A stretch of DNA of 64,000 nt from Streptosporangiaceae bacterium (GTDB lineage Bacteria > Actinomycetota > Actinomycetes > Streptosporangiales > Streptosporangiaceae): the NCBI GenBank assembly GCA_036394075.1, contig DASWFT010000105.1, positions 464-64,463 of the forward strand, written 5' to 3'. A program made the translations under genes and the position numbers. Position 1 is the stretch's first letter. Each line of letters starts with the position of its first letter. Shown here piece by piece: positions 49,953 through 62,178 of this stretch. The notes beneath the pieces were generated by a model. The model had not been told where the DNA came from. It saw only the letters and a list, made by a program, of their open reading frames with translations, and ran no database searches.

Positions 49953-51173
49953 ATGGACGGTCTTCCTGAAGCACTCATTGATCTGGACGCCGTGCGGGAC
50001 AACGTCGCGGCGCTGCGGGCGCATGTCGGCGGCCCGCAGGTGATGGCCGTGGTCAAGGCCGACGGATACGGGCATGGCATGATCCCGGCCGCGATCGCCG
50101 CCCTGGCCGGCGGCGCGGACTGGCTCGGCGTAGTACACGTGCACGAGGCCCTGGCGCTGCGCAAGGCCGGCATCGCCGGCCGGATGCTGTCCCTGCTGGG
50201 GGTGCCGGGCGCCGCGCACGAGATCGCCATCCGCCAGGACGTGGACCTGTCGGCGGCCAGCACGGCGATGGTCGACGAGGTCGCGCGGGCGGCGGCGCGG
50301 GCTGACCGGCCCGCCCGCCTGCACCTCAAGGTGGACACCGGGATGTCGCGCGGCGGCGCGACGCTGGCCGACTGGCCGGCCGTGGTGGATGCCGCGCTGA
50401 CCGCCGAGGCCGCCGGTCATGTCCGTATCGTCGGCCTATGGTCGCATTTGGCGTGCGCCGACATGCCCGGGCATCCGTCGATCGTCGCGCAGCAGGAAGC
50501 GTTCGGTAATGCGGTCTTGCTCGCGGAAAGGGCAGGTGCGCGCCCCGAAGTGCGCCACCTGGCCAACACTCCGGCGACCCTCACCCTCCCCGAGACCTGG
50601 TTCGACATGGTCCGGCCGGGCGGGGCGGTCTTCGGCCTGTCCACGCTGCCGGGCGGCGCGCCGGACTGGCTGCGCCCGGCCATGACAGTGCGGGCCTGGC
50701 TGGTGCAGGCCAAGCGGGTGCCGGCTGGGACGGGCGTGTCGTACGGCCATCGTTACGTGACGCAGGGGGAGAGCACTCTGGGACTGGTCCCGCTCGGCTA
50801 CGCCGAAGGTGTGCCGCGGAACGCGTTCGGCGTGGTCGAGGTCGGCGCCCGCGAGCGGCGCTGGCTGATCTCTGGCACCGTCTGCATGAACCAGTTCGTG
50901 GTCGATTTCGGCCCCGAGCCCGCGGCGACGGGGGACGAGGTGGTGCTGTTCGGGCCGGGTGACTCGGGGGAGCCCACGGCGCAGGAATGGGCCGATGCGC
51001 TCGGCACCCTGTCCTATGAGATCGTGACCAGATTCGGCGGCCGGATGCCCCGAACCTACTCTGGAGTAGCATACGAGGAAGAGTCTGTGCGCGACGGTGC
51101 GGACACGGGTCTGCCAGGCACGGAGTTCCCCGGCACGGAACGTCCGGGCGTGGTGACTGCGCCACGCGGCTGA
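49953..51173 (+). CDS. alr: alanine racemase
   Basis: 406 aa with the VVKADGYGHG PLP-lysine motif. Confidence 0.96.
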   Translation: MDGLPEALIDLDAVRDNVAALRAHVGGPQVMAVVKADGYGHGMIPAAIAALAGGADWLGVVHVHEALALRKAGIAGRMLSLLGVPGAAHEIAIRQDVDLSAASTAMVDEVARAAARADRPARLHLKVDTGMSRGGATLADWPAVVDAALTAEAAGHVRIVGLWSHLACADMPGHPSIVAQQEAFGNAVLLAERAGARPEVRHLANTPATLTLPETWFDMVRPGGAVFGLSTLPGGAPDWLRPAMTVRAWLVQAKRVPAGTGVSYGHRYVTQGESTLGLVPLGYAEGVPRNAFGVVEVGARERRWLISGTVCMNQFVVDFGPEPAATGDEVVLFGPGDSGEPTAQEWADALGTLSYEIVTRFGGRMPRTYSGVAYEEESVRDGADTGLPGTEFPGTERPGVVTAPRG

Positions 51174-51210
51174 CGTGACCGCACGCGGCAGGCTCCCGGC
51201 TGGAGGATCT

Positions 51211-52338
51211 ATGGCTAGCTGGCGGCGGATTACCGGCGTAGCTGGGCTGGCCGCTGGCGCGACGGCCGCGGGGGCAGGTGCGATCCTCGCGGCGGAGCGC
51301 ATCGCGGTCGGGCGTGTGCGGCTGATCCGCAAAGCAGCTGAGCCTGAGCCTCTCGGTACGCTGCGCGGGCGTGTTCTCACCGTGCTCGCGGACGACGGGG
51401 TCCCGCTGCACGTGGAGATCGACGAACCTCCGAGTGCGGGCGGCCCGCACGAGATCGGGCGCCAGATCGGCGTCGAGCAGGCCGACCCGGTCACCATCAT
51501 CTTCTGCCACGGGTACACGCTGAACCAGGACAGCTGGCACTTCCAGCGCCGGGATCTCGGCGGTTACCGGCTGGTCTTCTGGGACCAGCGCGACCACGGC
51601 CGCTCCGGCCGCTCGGCGGGCGGCCCGGCCAGCATCGATCGGCTGGGCGCCGACCTGGACCTGGTCATCAAGGCGGTCGCGCCCGGCGATATGCCGGTGG
51701 TGCTCGTCGGTCATTCCATGGGCGGAATGACGATCATGGCGCTGGCGGGCCAGCAGCCGGACCTGTTCGGCACGAAGGTCGTGGGGATAGCGCTCATCTC
51801 CAGCGCGGCAGGCGGCCTGGAGGCGGGCAGCCCGTGGATGCCCGGGCCGCTCCGGCTCGTGTTGCAGCGGACGCTGCCGGTGATGCTGCGCGGGGCGGCT
51901 ACCGGCTACCGGGCCATCCTCGTGGAGCGCGGCCGCCGGGCCGCCGGTGAGCTGTCGTTCCTCAGCACCCGCTACCTGGGCTTCGGGGACCCCGGGGTGA
52001 ACCCGGCCGTGGTCGACTTCCTTGAGCAGATGATCAGGTCGACGCCGATGAGCGTGGTCGCGGAGTACAGCCAGGCCCTTTATAAGGTCGATATGCGGGC
52101 TACGCTCGGCGTCCTGGGACGTGTCCCGGTGACCGTGATGATCGGCGAACTGGACCGGCTGATCTCCCCCGCGCTCGGCCTGGAACTGGCCGGCCAGATT
52201 CCCGGTGCCGAGCTGGTCTGGGTAGCCGGCGCGGGGCATGCCCTGATACTCGAGTGCCCCGACCTCGTGAACGAGTCGATCACCGCGCTGGTGGCCCGCG
52301 CCACCTCGGGCCAAGTGACCCGTGAGCGCTCGGCGTGA
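51211..52338 (+). CDS. alpha/beta-fold hydrolase
   Basis: Contains HGYTLNQDSW and the nucleophile elbow GHSMGG. ATG 51211 lies behind GGAGGA. The track ORF starts at GTG 51175. Confidence 0.85.
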   Translation: MASWRRITGVAGLAAGATAAGAGAILAAERIAVGRVRLIRKAAEPEPLGTLRGRVLTVLADDGVPLHVEIDEPPSAGGPHEIGRQIGVEQADPVTIIFCHGYTLNQDSWHFQRRDLGGYRLVFWDQRDHGRSGRSAGGPASIDRLGADLDLVIKAVAPGDMPVVLVGHSMGGMTIMALAGQQPDLFGTKVVGIALISSAAGGLEAGSPWMPGPLRLVLQRTLPVMLRGAATGYRAILVERGRRAAGELSFLSTRYLGFGDPGVNPAVVDFLEQMIRSTPMSVVAEYSQALYKVDMRATLGVLGRVPVTVMIGELDRLISPALGLELAGQIPGAELVWVAGAGHALILECPDLVNESITALVARATSGQVTRERSA

Positions 52339-52441
52339 GCGAGCCGGAGGGGCGCGGCGCCGCCTGGACTGAGGAGCGAGGGACGAGCGACGAGGGAAGG
52401 AGGCGTCCCAAGGCGCCCCGGAGGCGAGCGGGAGACACCGC

Positions 52442-52993
52442 GTGAGCGCCACGGCGGGCCGCACGGCGGCTGCGGGCATCCAGGTGGCGACGGCAGGCGA
52501 CATGCGCGCGCTGGGCCAGCGGCTCGCCGCGCTGCTGCGCCCGGGTGACCTCGTGGTACTCAGCGGGCCGCTTGGCGCCGGGAAGACCACGCTCGTCCAG
52601 GGCATCGGGCAGGGGCTGAACGTCCGCGGCCCGGTGACCTCGCCGACCTTCGTCATCGCCCGGGTCCACCCATCGCTGGGCGGCGGGCCAGCGCTGGTGC
52701 ACGCGGACGCCTACCGGCTCGCCAGCCCGGCAGAGGTGGACGACCTCGACCTGGACGCTGACATCGGCAATTCGGTCACCGTGGTGGAATGGGGCGAGGG
52801 CCTTGTCGAGGGGCTCGCCGCGGATCGCCTCGAAGTCACCATCGCGATAACCCGGGCCACGGTCGGGGCCGGGTCCGGGGGCGGCACGGCCGACGACAGC
52901 CGGACGGTGCGGCTTTCTGGTGTCGGGGAACGCTGGGCGGCCGCGGCGGAATCCGCGTGTTGTGCCCTAGCGGGTATGCCAAAGGCTTTATAG
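52442..52993 (+). CDS. tsaE: tRNA t6A37 biosynthesis ATPase TsaE
   Basis: Walker A SGPLGAGKTTLVQGI, plus SPTFVI and HADAYRL. Confidence 0.9.
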   Translation: MSATAGRTAAAGIQVATAGDMRALGQRLAALLRPGDLVVLSGPLGAGKTTLVQGIGQGLNVRGPVTSPTFVIARVHPSLGGGPALVHADAYRLASPAEVDDLDLDADIGNSVTVVEWGEGLVEGLAADRLEVTIAITRATVGAGSGGGTADDSRTVRLSGVGERWAAAAESACCALAGMPKAL

Positions 52994-53142
52994 TTTCCGT
53001 CTGTCCCCGCATTGCCTTGGCCGGCTCCTTCCCGGAAGACCTGCCGTCCTGGCAATGTTCCGCGCCGTCGTGCACGGTCCGATCCCTTCCCCGGAGGCGA
53101 GCCGTGGCCAAGCAGGGGCCTCCTCCCCCGCGGTCCAGCAGG

Positions 53143-54072
53143 ATGCCTGAACCACGCCGGGGCGCCCCTCGATGGTCGGACGCTGATCCCGCGAATGATG
53201 ACGAGGAGCTTCCGCCGTGGGCGGGTCTCGCCATCGAGCCACGCTGGGCAGATCAGCAGGAGCGGCCCAGTCGTCCCGGTCGGCCCAGTCGTCCCGATCA
53301 GCCGGGGCCGCCCGGCGGCCAGGGTGGCGACGCGGCGGCAGATGCACCCGGTCGGCGTCCCCGCGGCAGGCTCGCGGCGGCCCGTGCCCGCAAGACGCGG
53401 CGCAGTCTCGTCCTCTGGGGGAGCGTGCTCGCGGTGGCGGTCGTCATCGCTGGCGGGGTCTGGCAGCTGACGCGGGGCGCCAGCGGCACGGCGCCACTGC
53501 CCGACCAGATTGTCACCACCTTCCTGCCCGGCGAGTTCCAGACCGTGCCGAACACGTGCACGGCGGTGTCCACGGCGACGCTGGATCAATACCTGCCGGG
53601 AACGCGGACCAAGGTGGTCCCCAGCTCGCTCAATGGCCAGTCGGACAGCCTGTGCGACTGGACGCTGGACGCGCGGCCGGTGTACCGCCTGCTGGACGTC
53701 GAGGCGCAGGCCTACGCACCGAACGGGCTGGCTAGCGGGAACGGCAGCGCGACCTTCGCGGCCATCGATGCCTATCGCCAAGCGCTGGCGGAGAAGACCA
53801 GACCGCCCAAGGCAAGCCATCTGCCGAAGGCCGCGGTGACCACCATGCACGGGTTCGGCACTGCGGCATTCTCCGCACTCCAGGTGACCACTGCAGGCGG
53901 TGACACCACCGATCTGCTCACCGTGGTGATACGTGATCGCAACGTGCTGGTCACCGTGGTGCTTGAAGGGCTCGACCACTCCAGCAAGGGCGGGTACGGG
54001 CCGGTCTCCGCGGCACAGCTCAAGGCCGGAGCGCTTGCTGTGGCGCGGGACATCCTCGCCCAGGTGAAATGA
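53143..54072 (+). CDS. hypothetical membrane-anchored protein (Pro/Arg-rich N-terminus, one TM, ~215-aa C-terminal domain with a Cys pair)
   Basis: ATG 53143 (MPEPRRGAPRWSDADP...). TM is LVLWGSVLAVAVVIAGGVW. The start is uncertain because the track ORF extends in frame to 52789 across the tsaE end. Confidence 0.65.
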   Translation: MPEPRRGAPRWSDADPANDDEELPPWAGLAIEPRWADQQERPSRPGRPSRPDQPGPPGGQGGDAAADAPGRRPRGRLAAARARKTRRSLVLWGSVLAVAVVIAGGVWQLTRGASGTAPLPDQIVTTFLPGEFQTVPNTCTAVSTATLDQYLPGTRTKVVPSSLNGQSDSLCDWTLDARPVYRLLDVEAQAYAPNGLASGNGSATFAAIDAYRQALAEKTRPPKASHLPKAAVTTMHGFGTAAFSALQVTTAGGDTTDLLTVVIRDRNVLVTVVLEGLDHSSKGGYGPVSAAQLKAGALAVARDILAQVK

Positions 54073-54181
54073 GCGGGAGCGGCCCGGTCGCCGGGGCGGA
54101 AATCTCCGGCTCCCGGGGCGGGGAAGGGGCCGAAGTCTCCGCCGCCCGGGGCGGGGAAGATGTCAACTAGGCTTTTTAACC

Positions 54182-54835
54182 GTGCTGCTGCTCGCCTTCG
54201 ACACCGCGACGCCGGCCGTGACAGTCGCCCTGCATGACGGGGTGCACGCGCTCGCGGAGGTGGCGTCGGTCGATGCCCGTCGGCACGGTGAACTGCTGGC
54301 GTCGGCCATCGAGAAGGTGCTCGCCGATGCCGGGGTGACCCGGCTGGACGTCACGGCGGTAGCGGTCGGGACCGGCCCCGGCCCGTACACGGGCCTGCGT
54401 GCGGGACTGGTCACGGCGCGCGTGCTCGGCAGCGCCCTCAGCATCCCGGTGTACGGGGTGTGCACGCTCGACGTGATCGCCTGCGACGCGGTGCCCGCGG
54501 CCGCGGGCCGTGACTTCGTCGTCGCCACCGATGCCCGGCGCAGGGAGCTGTACTGGGCCCGGTACTCGGCCGCAGGGCAGCGGCTGACCGGCCCGGCCGT
54601 GAGCACTCCCGGTGCCATCGGGGCCGGCTGCCCGGTTGCTGGCGCGGGGGCCGGGCTCTACCCCGGGCTGCTTGGTGAGCGGATCGGTCCGGAATATCCG
54701 GCCGCGGGCACGCTCGCCCAGTTGGCAGCGCGGCGACTGGCCGAACAACTGCCGATGCTCCCGGCGGAGCCGTTGTACCTGCGCAGGCCGGACGCCCAGG
54801 CCCCCGGGCCGCCGAAGCGGGTGACCCCGTCGTGA
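54182..54835 (+). CDS. tsaB: tRNA t6A37 biosynthesis protein TsaB
   Basis: [17 protein letters not shown]...[13 protein letters not shown]. Confidence 0.92.
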   Translation: MLLLAFDTATPAVTVALHDGVHALAEVASVDARRHGELLASAIEKVLADAGVTRLDVTAVAVGTGPGPYTGLRAGLVTARVLGSALSIPVYGVCTLDVIACDAVPAAAGRDFVVATDARRRELYWARYSAAGQRLTGPAVSTPGAIGAGCPVAGAGAGLYPGLLGERIGPEYPAAGTLAQLAARRLAEQLPMLPAEPLYLRRPDAQAPGPPKRVTPS

Positions 54836-55377
54836 GTACTGCGCTGCGTCCCATGGCCCGCGGCGATCTGGCGGCCGTGCTGAGCCTGGAAGCCGCCCTG
54901 TTCGGCCCGGAGGCATGGACGGAGGGCATGCTGGCCGCCGAACTCGCGGGGGTCCCGGACGGCCGTTACTACCTGGTGGCCGAGGACGGGACGGGAGTGG
55001 TCGGCTACGCCGGCCTGCTCGCCGCCGGCAGCGGCCAGGCGGACGTGCTGACAATGGCCGTGGCGGAGGACCGCTGGGGGGAGGGGATCGGCGCCGCCCT
55101 GCTCAGCGGGTTGCTCGCCGAGGCCGCGCGGCGTCGCTGCAAAGAGGTTTTCCTGGAGGTCCGGGTGGACAATCCGCGGGCGCAGAACCTCTACCGTCGC
55201 CACGGGTTCACCGATATCGGGCTCAGGCGCGGCTATTACCAGCCATCTGGTACCGACGCCCTGGTCATGCGGCGGGTCCTGGAGAGCGCCAAGGGGCCCG
55301 CAGGGGCCCGGGCCATCACGCGGGGGCGCGTCCGGCGGGCCAAGCACGCCCGGCAGCGGGCCGGGGGCACCGAGTGA
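54832..55377 (+). CDS. rimI: ribosomal-protein-alanine N-acetyltransferase
   Basis: GNAT motifs ([10 protein letters not shown]). The GTG start overlaps the tsaB stop. tsaB-rimI-tsaD synteny. Confidence 0.88.
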   Translation: MSTALRPMARGDLAAVLSLEAALFGPEAWTEGMLAAELAGVPDGRYYLVAEDGTGVVGYAGLLAAGSGQADVLTMAVAEDRWGEGIGAALLSGLLAEAARRRCKEVFLEVRVDNPRAQNLYRRHGFTDIGLRRGYYQPSGTDALVMRRVLESAKGPAGARAITRGRVRRAKHARQRAGGTE

Positions 55378-56405
55378 CCACTCCGCTGGTGCTGGGCATC
55401 GAGACCTCCTGCGACGAGACGGGCGCCGGCCTGGTCCGCGGCCATGAGCTTCTCGCCGACGCGGTCGCCTCCAGCGTGGCTGAGCATGCGCGGTTCGGTG
55501 GCGTGGTCCCTGAGGTGGCCAGCCGGGCGCATCTGGAGGCTATGGTCCCCGCCGTGGACCGCGCGCTGGCCACCGCCGGGGTCACCCTGGCCGACGTGGA
55601 CGCCATCGCCGTCACGGCCGGGCCGGGGCTCACCGGGGCGCTGCTGGTGGGTGTCTGCGCCGCGAAGGCATACGCCCTGGCCCTGGGCAAGCCGCTGTAC
55701 GGGGTCAACCACCTTGCCGCGCACATCGCCGTCGATCAGCTGGAACATGGAACGCTGCCGGCGCCCGTGGTCGCCCTGCTGGTGTCCGGAGGTCACTCGT
55801 CGCTGCTGCTGATGCCCGATGTGACCGGTGAGGTCCGGGCGCTGGGCGCGACCATCGACGACGCGGCGGGCGAGGCATACGACAAGGTGGCACGCCTCCT
55901 CGGGCTGCCCTTTCCCGGCGGCCCGCCGATCGACGCGGCGGCCCGCTCGGGAGACCCGACGGCGATCGCCTTCCCCCGCGGCAAATACCGTGATCAGACC
56001 TTCGACTTCTCCTTCTCGGGGGTGAAGACCGCGGTGGCGCGCTGGGTGGAGGCACGCCGGGAGGCTGGGCTCAGCGTGCCGGTGGCCGATGTGGCGGCCT
56101 CCTTCCAGGAGTCCGTGGCGGACGTGCTCACCCGCAAGGCGGTCCAAGCCTGCCGCGCTCACGGCGTTGATCACTTGATCATCGGCGGCGGGGTGGCGGC
56201 AAACTCCCGGCTGCGAGCCCTCGCGGCGGAGCGCTGCGAGGCGGCGGGCATCAGGCTGCGGGTGCCAAGGCCGGGCCTGTGCACGGACAACGGCGCCATG
56301 GTGGCGGCGCTCGGGGCCGAGTTGATGGCCCGCGGCGCGCCGTCTTCGCCGCTGGACTTCCCGGCCGACTCGTCCATGCCGGTGACCAGCGTGGTTATGG
56401 TCTAG
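55374..56405 (+). CDS. tsaD: tRNA N6-adenosine threonylcarbamoyltransferase TsaD
   Basis: GTG 55374 overlaps the rimI TGA. Sequence is [19 protein letters not shown]... Confidence 0.95.
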   Translation: MTTPLVLGIETSCDETGAGLVRGHELLADAVASSVAEHARFGGVVPEVASRAHLEAMVPAVDRALATAGVTLADVDAIAVTAGPGLTGALLVGVCAAKAYALALGKPLYGVNHLAAHIAVDQLEHGTLPAPVVALLVSGGHSSLLLMPDVTGEVRALGATIDDAAGEAYDKVARLLGLPFPGGPPIDAAARSGDPTAIAFPRGKYRDQTFDFSFSGVKTAVARWVEARREAGLSVPVADVAASFQESVADVLTRKAVQACRAHGVDHLIIGGGVAANSRLRALAAERCEAAGIRLRVPRPGLCTDNGAMVAALGAELMARGAPSSPLDFPADSSMPVTSVVMV

Positions 56406-56462
56406 GGCGGGTTCCGCACCGGGTTGCGGGCGGCTCCGCGTGAGGTTGCGGCCGGGCCCGTG

Positions 56463-56491
56463 TTGACGAGTTCGGGCAGCGGCGATACTGT
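56463..56491 (+). promoter_or_regulatory. candidate groES promoter (TTGACG-N17-TACTGT)
   Basis: Hexamers at 56463-56468 and 56486-56491, immediately upstream of the CIRCE element. Confidence 0.55.
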
Positions 56492-56497
56492 TCGGAA

Positions 56498-56524
56498 CTA
56501 GCACTCACTAGAGTAGAGTGCTAA
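56498..56524 (+). promoter_or_regulatory. CIRCE operator (HrcA binding site)
   Basis: CTAGCACTC-N9-GAGTGCTAA compared with the consensus TTAGCACTC-N9-GAGTGCTAA. Confidence 0.9.
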
Positions 56525-56620
56525 TGCGACGAGGCTGGTCTGGCACCCGCGACGACAGTCAGCCGTGGTCGTTCCCTCTATGTCATTTCAGATAGCCTTT
56601 CCGAAGGGGGAGGTCAGATC

Positions 56621-56932
56621 GTGACGACCGCCACCAAGGTAGTTCTCAAGCCGCTCGAGGATCGGATTGTCGTCCGGACGCTCGAGGCCGAGCAGACCAC
56701 TGCATCCGGTCTCGTGATCCCGGACACCGCCAAGGAGAAGCCCCAGGAGGGCGAAGTCCTTGCGGTGGGCCCGGGCCGGTTCGACGATGCCGGCGCCAAG
56801 CGCGTCCCGATGGATGTCAAGGTCGGCGACGTGGTGCTGTACAGCAAGTACGGCGGCACGGAGGTGAAGTACCACGGCGAGGAGTACCTGGTGCTCTCCG
56901 CTCGTGACGTGCTCGCCATCATCGAGAAGTAA
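56621..56932 (+). CDS. groES: co-chaperonin GroES
   Basis: 103 aa: [43 protein letters not shown]. Confidence 0.98.
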   Translation: MTTATKVVLKPLEDRIVVRTLEAEQTTASGLVIPDTAKEKPQEGEVLAVGPGRFDDAGAKRVPMDVKVGDVVLYSKYGGTEVKYHGEEYLVLSARDVLAIIEK

Positions 56933-56994
56933 GCACGGGGATCATGTGGCGCGGGCTGCGTCCCGCGACAGACGCCCGCGGTATCGAGCCGTGC

Positions 56995-57025
56995 CGCCCC
57001 GGACGCCGGACTGGTGTCCGGGGCG
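56995..57025 (+). other. 10-bp GC hairpin in the groES-groEL spacer
   Basis: CGCCCCGGAC-(11 nt)-GTCCGGGGCG, followed by an AT-rich TGATTAATTAACC. Possible processing or attenuation site. Confidence 0.35.
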
Positions 57026-57058
57026 GTGGCTCGTGATTAATTAACCGCGGGTAACTAG

Positions 57059-58714
<1,656 letters not shown>

Positions 58715-58774
58715 GCCGGCCGGGTGAGTGCGGCTGACCGCGCTCACTAACGGGAAATGCACTGACGGTGCCCG

Positions 58775-58800
58775 CCCGCATGATCTCCGGATCATGCGGG
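58775..58800 (+). terminator. 11-bp perfect hairpin after groEL
   Basis: CCCGCATGATC-tccg-GATCATGCGGG, 60 nt after the stop. Confidence 0.55.
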
Positions 58801-58833
58801 CTGGCTCGTCTGCTCCTGGGCATATGCGGCGTC

Positions 58834-58912
58834 CGTGCCACTTGGCACGGCGTCTGTGGCACCTGGCACGCGGGCGTCCAGGGCACCCGGCACGCGGCAT
58901 CCGCGGCACGTG
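58834..58912 (+). repeat. array of GGCAC-containing units beginning with the palindrome CGTGCCACTTGGCACG
   Basis: CGTGCCACTTGGCACG gcgtctgt GGCACCTGGCACGCG ggcgtccag GGCACCCGGCACGCG gcatccgc GGCACGTG. Confidence 0.75.
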
Positions 58913-58986
58913 AGGGTCCGCTTGGGTGCGCTTCGGGCATCCTTGGATGGGCTTCGGGCGGATTCGCATAGAACGCAAACAAAGGC

Positions 58987-59024
58987 AATTACAATTTGTA
59001 GTCAAGTGATTACGGATTGTAATT
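58987..59024 (+). promoter_or_regulatory. AT-rich inverted repeat AATTACAAT-N20-ATTGTAATT upstream of the ECF sigma gene
   Basis: Seen directly. This is the most AT-rich stretch I noticed in the window, so it is a candidate promoter/operator. Confidence 0.4.
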
Positions 59025-59251
59025 TTATGGCGCACCGTGTCGAGGCGGTACATCAATGTGACCATTCCGTTGCCATCATCCATGGCGGAACCACGGGCTT
59101 TCGTGGGCATCATTCATTCGTGACGGAGGGATGCATCATCCGGGCCGTGGGCGGCGAAGGGTGGCGGGAATCGTCATCGGGCGCGGCTGATCCGGCTGAC
59201 GGGGCGGAGAAGCAGCTAAGAGGCGCGGGGGACGCTGCGGAGAAGCAGCTG

Positions 59252-60025
59252 ATGGACGCGCGGGACGGCACCGAGGGACGGCTCAGCGCAGGCCGCAGCG
59301 GTACATGGCCCGAGGCGAGACCGGCCAGCAGCGCGTGGCCCGAGGCAAGACCGGCCAGCAGCGCGTGGCCCGACGGCAGACCGGCCAACGGCACGTGGCC
59401 CGAGGCAAGACCGGCCAGCAGCGCGTGGCCCGAGGCGCGGTTCGTCGGCGGTGCGGGAGTGGCCGAGGGGACCAGCCTGCGCGACCTGACGAGCCTGGCC
59501 GTCCGGGGGCACCCGGCGGCGATCGAGTCCTTGCTCCAGCACATCCGCCCGATGGTGGTCAGGTACTGCCGGGCCCGGCTGGGCCGCATCACCGGCCATT
59601 ACCACGTGGCCGACGACGTCGCCCAGGAGGTCTGCATCGCGGTGCTGTCCGCGCTCCCGCGCTACCGCGATATGGGACGGCCGTTCGCGTCCTTCGTCTT
59701 CGGCATCGCCTCGCACAAGGTGGCGGACGCCGTCCGGAGCGCGTCCCGGCTGGCGGTGCCCACCGAGGATCTGCCCGACGGCCCAGACGAGCACCCAGGG
59801 CCTGAGGAGACCGTTGTCGCCTGCATTGAGGCGGAACGTGCTAGGACGCTGCTCGCCCGGTTGCCCGTTCACCTTCGTGAGCTGCTGATACTACGCGTGG
59901 TCACCGGTCTGTCAGCCGAGGAGACGGGTAATGTACTTGGTATGTCAGCAGGAGCCGTTCGAGTTGCCCAGCACCGGGCGCTGGCCCGGCTCCGGGCGAT
60001 TGCGGTCGAGGAGTCGATTGCGTGA
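59252..60025 (+). CDS. sigD: ECF sigma factor, SigD (M. tuberculosis) / ShbA-like
   Basis: The core [15 protein letters not shown]...[42 protein letters not shown]...[36 protein letters not shown] closely parallels SigD as I recall it, and the groEL1/sigD/guaB2/guaB3 synteny matches mycobacteria. The start is uncertain: ATG 59252 includes the 30-nt repeats, while GTG 59459 gives a 188-aa protein. Confidence 0.88.
   Translation: MDARDGTEGRLSAGRSGTWPEARPASSAWPEARPASSAWPDGRPANGTWPEARPASSAWPEARFVGGAGVAEGTSLRDLTSLAVRGHPAAIESLLQHIRPMVVRYCRARLGRITGHYHVADDVAQEVCIAVLSALPRYRDMGRPFASFVFGIASHKVADAVRSASRLAVPTEDLPDGPDEHPGPEETVVACIEAERARTLLARLPVHLRELLILRVVTGLSAEETGNVLGMSAGAVRVAQHRALARLRAIAVEESIA
59306..59440 (+). 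repeat. 4.5 tandem 30-nt units (TGGCCCGAGGCGAGACCGGCCAGCAGCGCG)
   Basis: Units begin at 59306, 59336, 59366, 59396 and 59426 (partial). In the sigma reading frame they encode [10 protein letters not shown] repeats. Confidence 0.9.
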
Positions 60026-60522
60026 TCACGGGGCGCGGACCTGGAGCGCCCGGCGTTACACCTGGTGTGGAGTTCACTCGGGGGCGGGTGGCAACAGGCG
60101 ATCCGGGTGACGGGGCCGTCGATCTCAGTGAGATCCGGCGGTCCGAAGAGATCGTGGGAGTGCTCGCGGCACGCGCTGCCACTCCCGCGCCGATGCTGCA
60201 CGATCCAGCTGTGGCGCTGCTGAGCGCGCTGACGGCGGATATCGACGCCAGGGACGCTGCCCCTGATGCCCGGCCCCGCGTCCTCCCCCGCCCGGCCCAT
60301 GCGCGCCGGCCTACCGGCAGTGTTCCGGTGCCCCCATCACGCGGTGGGATCGCCGCCTGGCTCAGGGCGGCCGCCGCGGGAGCGGTGGTCGCGGGGGTCG
60401 CAGGTACGACGAGCGTGGTGGCGGCGGGAATGCTGGCCCGGCTGGCCCGCGTCCCAGCCAGTGGCTCCAGGAGGCTTGCGCGGGACTGGAGTTCCCTTGT
60501 CCGCCCGCGGCGCATCCGCTGA
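60022..60522 (+). CDS. putative anti-sigma factor (RsdA-like position), single TM
   Basis: The GTG start overlaps the sigma stop (GTGA). TM-like segment [30 protein letters not shown]. The N-terminal [17 protein letters not shown]...[11 protein letters not shown] weakly resembles the RsdA sigma-binding region. The call is mainly positional. Confidence 0.55.
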   Translation: MITGRGPGAPGVTPGVEFTRGRVATGDPGDGAVDLSEIRRSEEIVGVLAARAATPAPMLHDPAVALLSALTADIDARDAAPDARPRVLPRPAHARRPTGSVPVPPSRGGIAAWLRAAAAGAVVAGVAGTTSVVAAGMLARLARVPASGSRRLARDWSSLVRPRRIR

Positions 60523-60590
60523 CCCGCGGTGCACAGCCTCGGGGCGACAGCCTCGGGGCGTCGGCCAGCGAGCCGCGGCACACGCCCTAG

Positions 60591-62117
<1,527 letters not shown>

Positions 62118-62130
62118 TCCCCGTGGTGAC

Positions 62131-62178
62131 GCCATGACAACAGAGGCCATGACAACAGCAGTGCGGCCATGACAACAG
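62131..62178 (+). repeat. three copies of GCCATGACAACAG (triplicated guaB3 start region)
   Basis: Copies at 62131-62143, 62146-62158 and 62166-62178. Only the third ATG (62169) is in frame with the long ORF. Confidence 0.9.

Noticed and set aside
58834-58912. GGCAC-N5-GGCAC units resembling sigma-54 (-24 GG / -12 GC) promoters
   Set aside because: The TGGCAC-N5-TTGC spacing and -12 element are not met. To my knowledge, actinobacteria lack RpoN.
58715-59251. WhiB3/WhiD-type gene expected between groEL1 and sigD by analogy with mycobacteria
   Set aside because: No frame on either strand gives a small protein with the Cys-X(n)-C-X2-C-X5-C WhiB pattern. The region looks non-coding.
59306-59440. 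CRISPR array (also considered for 37622-37768, 63346-63425 and 4005-4083)
   Set aside because: The units are directly abutting tandem repeats with no unique spacers. They are 16-30 nt long, in frame with adjacent genes, and no cas genes are in the window.
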